Assembly (NCBI GenBank): GCA_963727485.1
Contig: CAVSGM010000011.1
Location: 930,617 to 994,616 of the forward strand
DNA from: an uncultured delta proteobacterium
GTDB lineage: Bacteria > Myxococcota > Myxococcia > SLRQ01
Direction: 5' to 3'
DNA: 64,000 bases
Below the pieces are notes generated by a model that was not told the origin of the DNA, did no database searches, and was given only the letters and a program-made list of their open reading frames with translations. Below are positions 62,234 through 64,000 of the stretch, in pieces. Made by a program: the position numbers and the translations under genes. The stretch's first letter is position 1. Every line of letters begins with the position of its first letter.

Positions 62234-62499
62234 GGCGCACTCCTAGGGAGCCCGTGCCGGGGCGAACGGAACTGCAGACAGGGGATGGGGCATCAAGGGG
62301 CCAAGACGGGGGGTAGTATCGGGGAAATACCCCGAATTACAAGACCACCTGTGCCCGGCATGGGCAGAGACGCACCGAAGCTCCAATTACCCGCCGCAGG
62401 GCTGGGCCTAGGCTCCATAAGCCCACGGCCCGGGTCGGCGGAGACATGAGCTTGTCGGTTATGCTGGTAGCGTGGCGTGCGGCGCGCCGCCCGCCGATT

Positions 62500-62626
62500 G
62501 ACCGCCGCAAGCCCTCGCGGTGCCTCGTTCTAGGGTGTAGGCCTCCGGGGCCCACGGGGTTGGTCCGACAGCTGGCGATTAATTGAACCGGCCCTGCGCG
62601 AAACAGCGTTTGTGGTCCCTACACCT
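62500..62626 (+). repeat. ~127-bp direct repeat, copy 2 (oriIS-like end)
   Basis: GACCGCCGCAAGCCCTCGC...TAGGGTGTAGGCCT...AACCGGCCCTGCGCGAAACAGCGTTTGTGGTCCCTACACCT; CCTACAC is directly followed by CTTG (62625-62628). Confidence 0.75.
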
Positions 62627-63048
62627 TGTTCACCCGGTGATCCTGTCTGAAGGGCTGTTTCGTCACCAAACAACCTTCCCGGACGGAGCCAGGGTGAATA
62701 AGCTCTTTGGACTCCACACCTAACTGCGCACGCGCCTATGCCAGAGGCCCCAAGGGCACCGGCCAGGGGGCCATGGTCTCCTGGAGCAACGGCAGACGGT
62801 CGGCGACGATGGGCGCGACTGGGGCCTCGCCAAGCCAGGCGATGAGCTTCGCCCAACTAGAGTGCCTGCTTCGGCGCCTCCGAGATGAGCGCGCAGCACC
62901 ACGAAGGCGCGGTTGTCGTCCGAGCGTGCCCCGCGGGGCGAGAGGCCAACCGTGTACGTTCCGCTTGGCCTCTGGGGAACCGTCTTCCGCGTGGGCTATA
63001 CTAGGTGTATAACCCTTGCTCTGTTCGATGCACGCGCGGAGGCTGGAG

Positions 63049-64000
63049 ATGGCGTACGAGGTGGACTTTCTGGCTGTCGGGGAGAACTCCAGCAGCGGAG
63101 ACGCAATCTGCATGCGTTTTCGCCTGGAGGACGGGCTGATAAACAGTTCGTGGTCGTTGTTGACGGTGGCTTCAGCGACAGCGGAACCGCACTGGTTGAA
63201 CACATCAGGACCCACTACGCCACGACCAAGGTGGACCTGGTCGTTTCCACGCATCCGGACCAGGATCACATTGCCGGACTCTCAACGGTCCTTGAGGAAC
63301 TCTCGTCGGGATGCTGTGGATGCATCAGCCCTGGGAAGTGTGGTCCGAACTGAAGAAGATCCTCAAGAAGGCCGAGATCAAGCAAGCGTACTACGAGGGC
63401 CTAAAGAAGTCCGCAGGACAGGCCGTCGATCTACAGGATCTCGCCAGGAAGAAGGGGGTGCCAGTCGTCGAGCCGTTCGCCGGAATGACCCATGGCTGCA
63501 TCAAGGTTCTTGGCCCCTCCGAGCAGCTGTTTGCGCAGGTGATGGGCGAGGCGGAGGAGGCGTCGGGTCGTTCGCTCTTTGGCCGCGCACTCGAGAAGGC
63601 AGGAGGGGTCGTGCGAAAGCTCCGGGAGAACTGGCACGTAGAAACACTCTCCGACGACGGAGAAACCAGCCCGAATAACAACTCAAGTGTGATTCTCCTG
63701 GTGGAGGCCGACGGCGATTGCTTGCTTCTTACTGGTGACGCTGGCATTCGCGCCCTTGATGATGCTGTCGGCGCGCTCCGGAGCCACGGTGTGGGTCCAG
63801 GCGAGCTTGCGTTCGTGCAGATTCCTCATCATGGGAGTCAGAGAAACGTCGGTCCAACAGTACTCAATGCACTCCTCGGAACGAAGGTGTCCGAGGATGC
63901 CGGTGAGCGTGGGGTAGCGTACGTCTCGTGTGCCAAGAACGGTGAGCCGAAGCACCCGAACAAGAAGGTCCTGAATGTGTTTAAGCGTCGGGGTTACCCT
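63049..64000 (+). CDS. Second MBL-fold metallohydrolase (frameshifted; 3' end runs off the window)
   Basis: GGAG RBS; MAYEVDFLAVGENSSSGDAI, VVVDGG, VSTHPDQDHIAGL, LWMHQPW, ETSPNNNSSVIL, LLTGDAG, QIPHHGS, KHP. Shifts near 63130, 63305 and 63340. Confidence 0.8.

Noticed and set aside
60139..62631. Island repeats as integron attC sites or REP/REPIN elements
   Set aside because: No RYYYAAC...GTTRRRY core pair on either strand and no integrase. GTAG-type ends are REP-like, but the adjacent IS91-type fragment and oriIS-like terminus fit better. REP is not fully excluded.
62630..63000. Short ORFs between repeat copy 2 and the second MBL gene
   Set aside because: No motif, RBS or consistent codon bias; possibly a decayed fragment but not supportable.

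Overview
Very GC-rich bacterial chromosomal segment. The gene content (DUF4388, DUF6178-like, gcvPA/gcvPB, lpxC/lptD, sigma54 promoters, Cys-rich lipoproteins) suggests Myxococcota or a related deltaproteobacterium; this is inference. Most of the window is housekeeping or envelope genes: yebC-ruvCAB, lpxC, gcvT-H-PA-PB, rpmB, purM-purN, accD-folC, lptD, an MJ1255-type glycosyltransferase, a short TonB and an alpha-2-macroglobulin. Accessory highlights: (1) a tightly coupled 4-gene operon (3388-8877) with two thermonuclease lipoproteins, a triple lamin-tail-domain lipoprotein and a ComEA-type HhH/outer-membrane beta-barrel fusion, a candidate surface machine for capturing and degrading extracellular DNA; (2) three tandem Zn-ribbon membrane-protein paralogs, two of which share a 432-bp almost identical 5' block; (3) a CHASE2 adenylate cyclase / cNMP-binding / Crp cluster; (4) a secreted protein made of six 23-aa Cys repeats; (5) an AT-richer island from about 59870 with an IS91-family transposase remnant, two ~128-bp oriIS-like direct repeats, and MBL-fold hydrolase plus membrane-protein cargo (candidate defence genes). 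Many genes, including the normally essential lptD, carry single-base frameshifts, most likely sequencing or assembly indels. No rRNA, tRNA or CRISPR array was seen. All family assignments are from motif recognition by eye; no database search was run.
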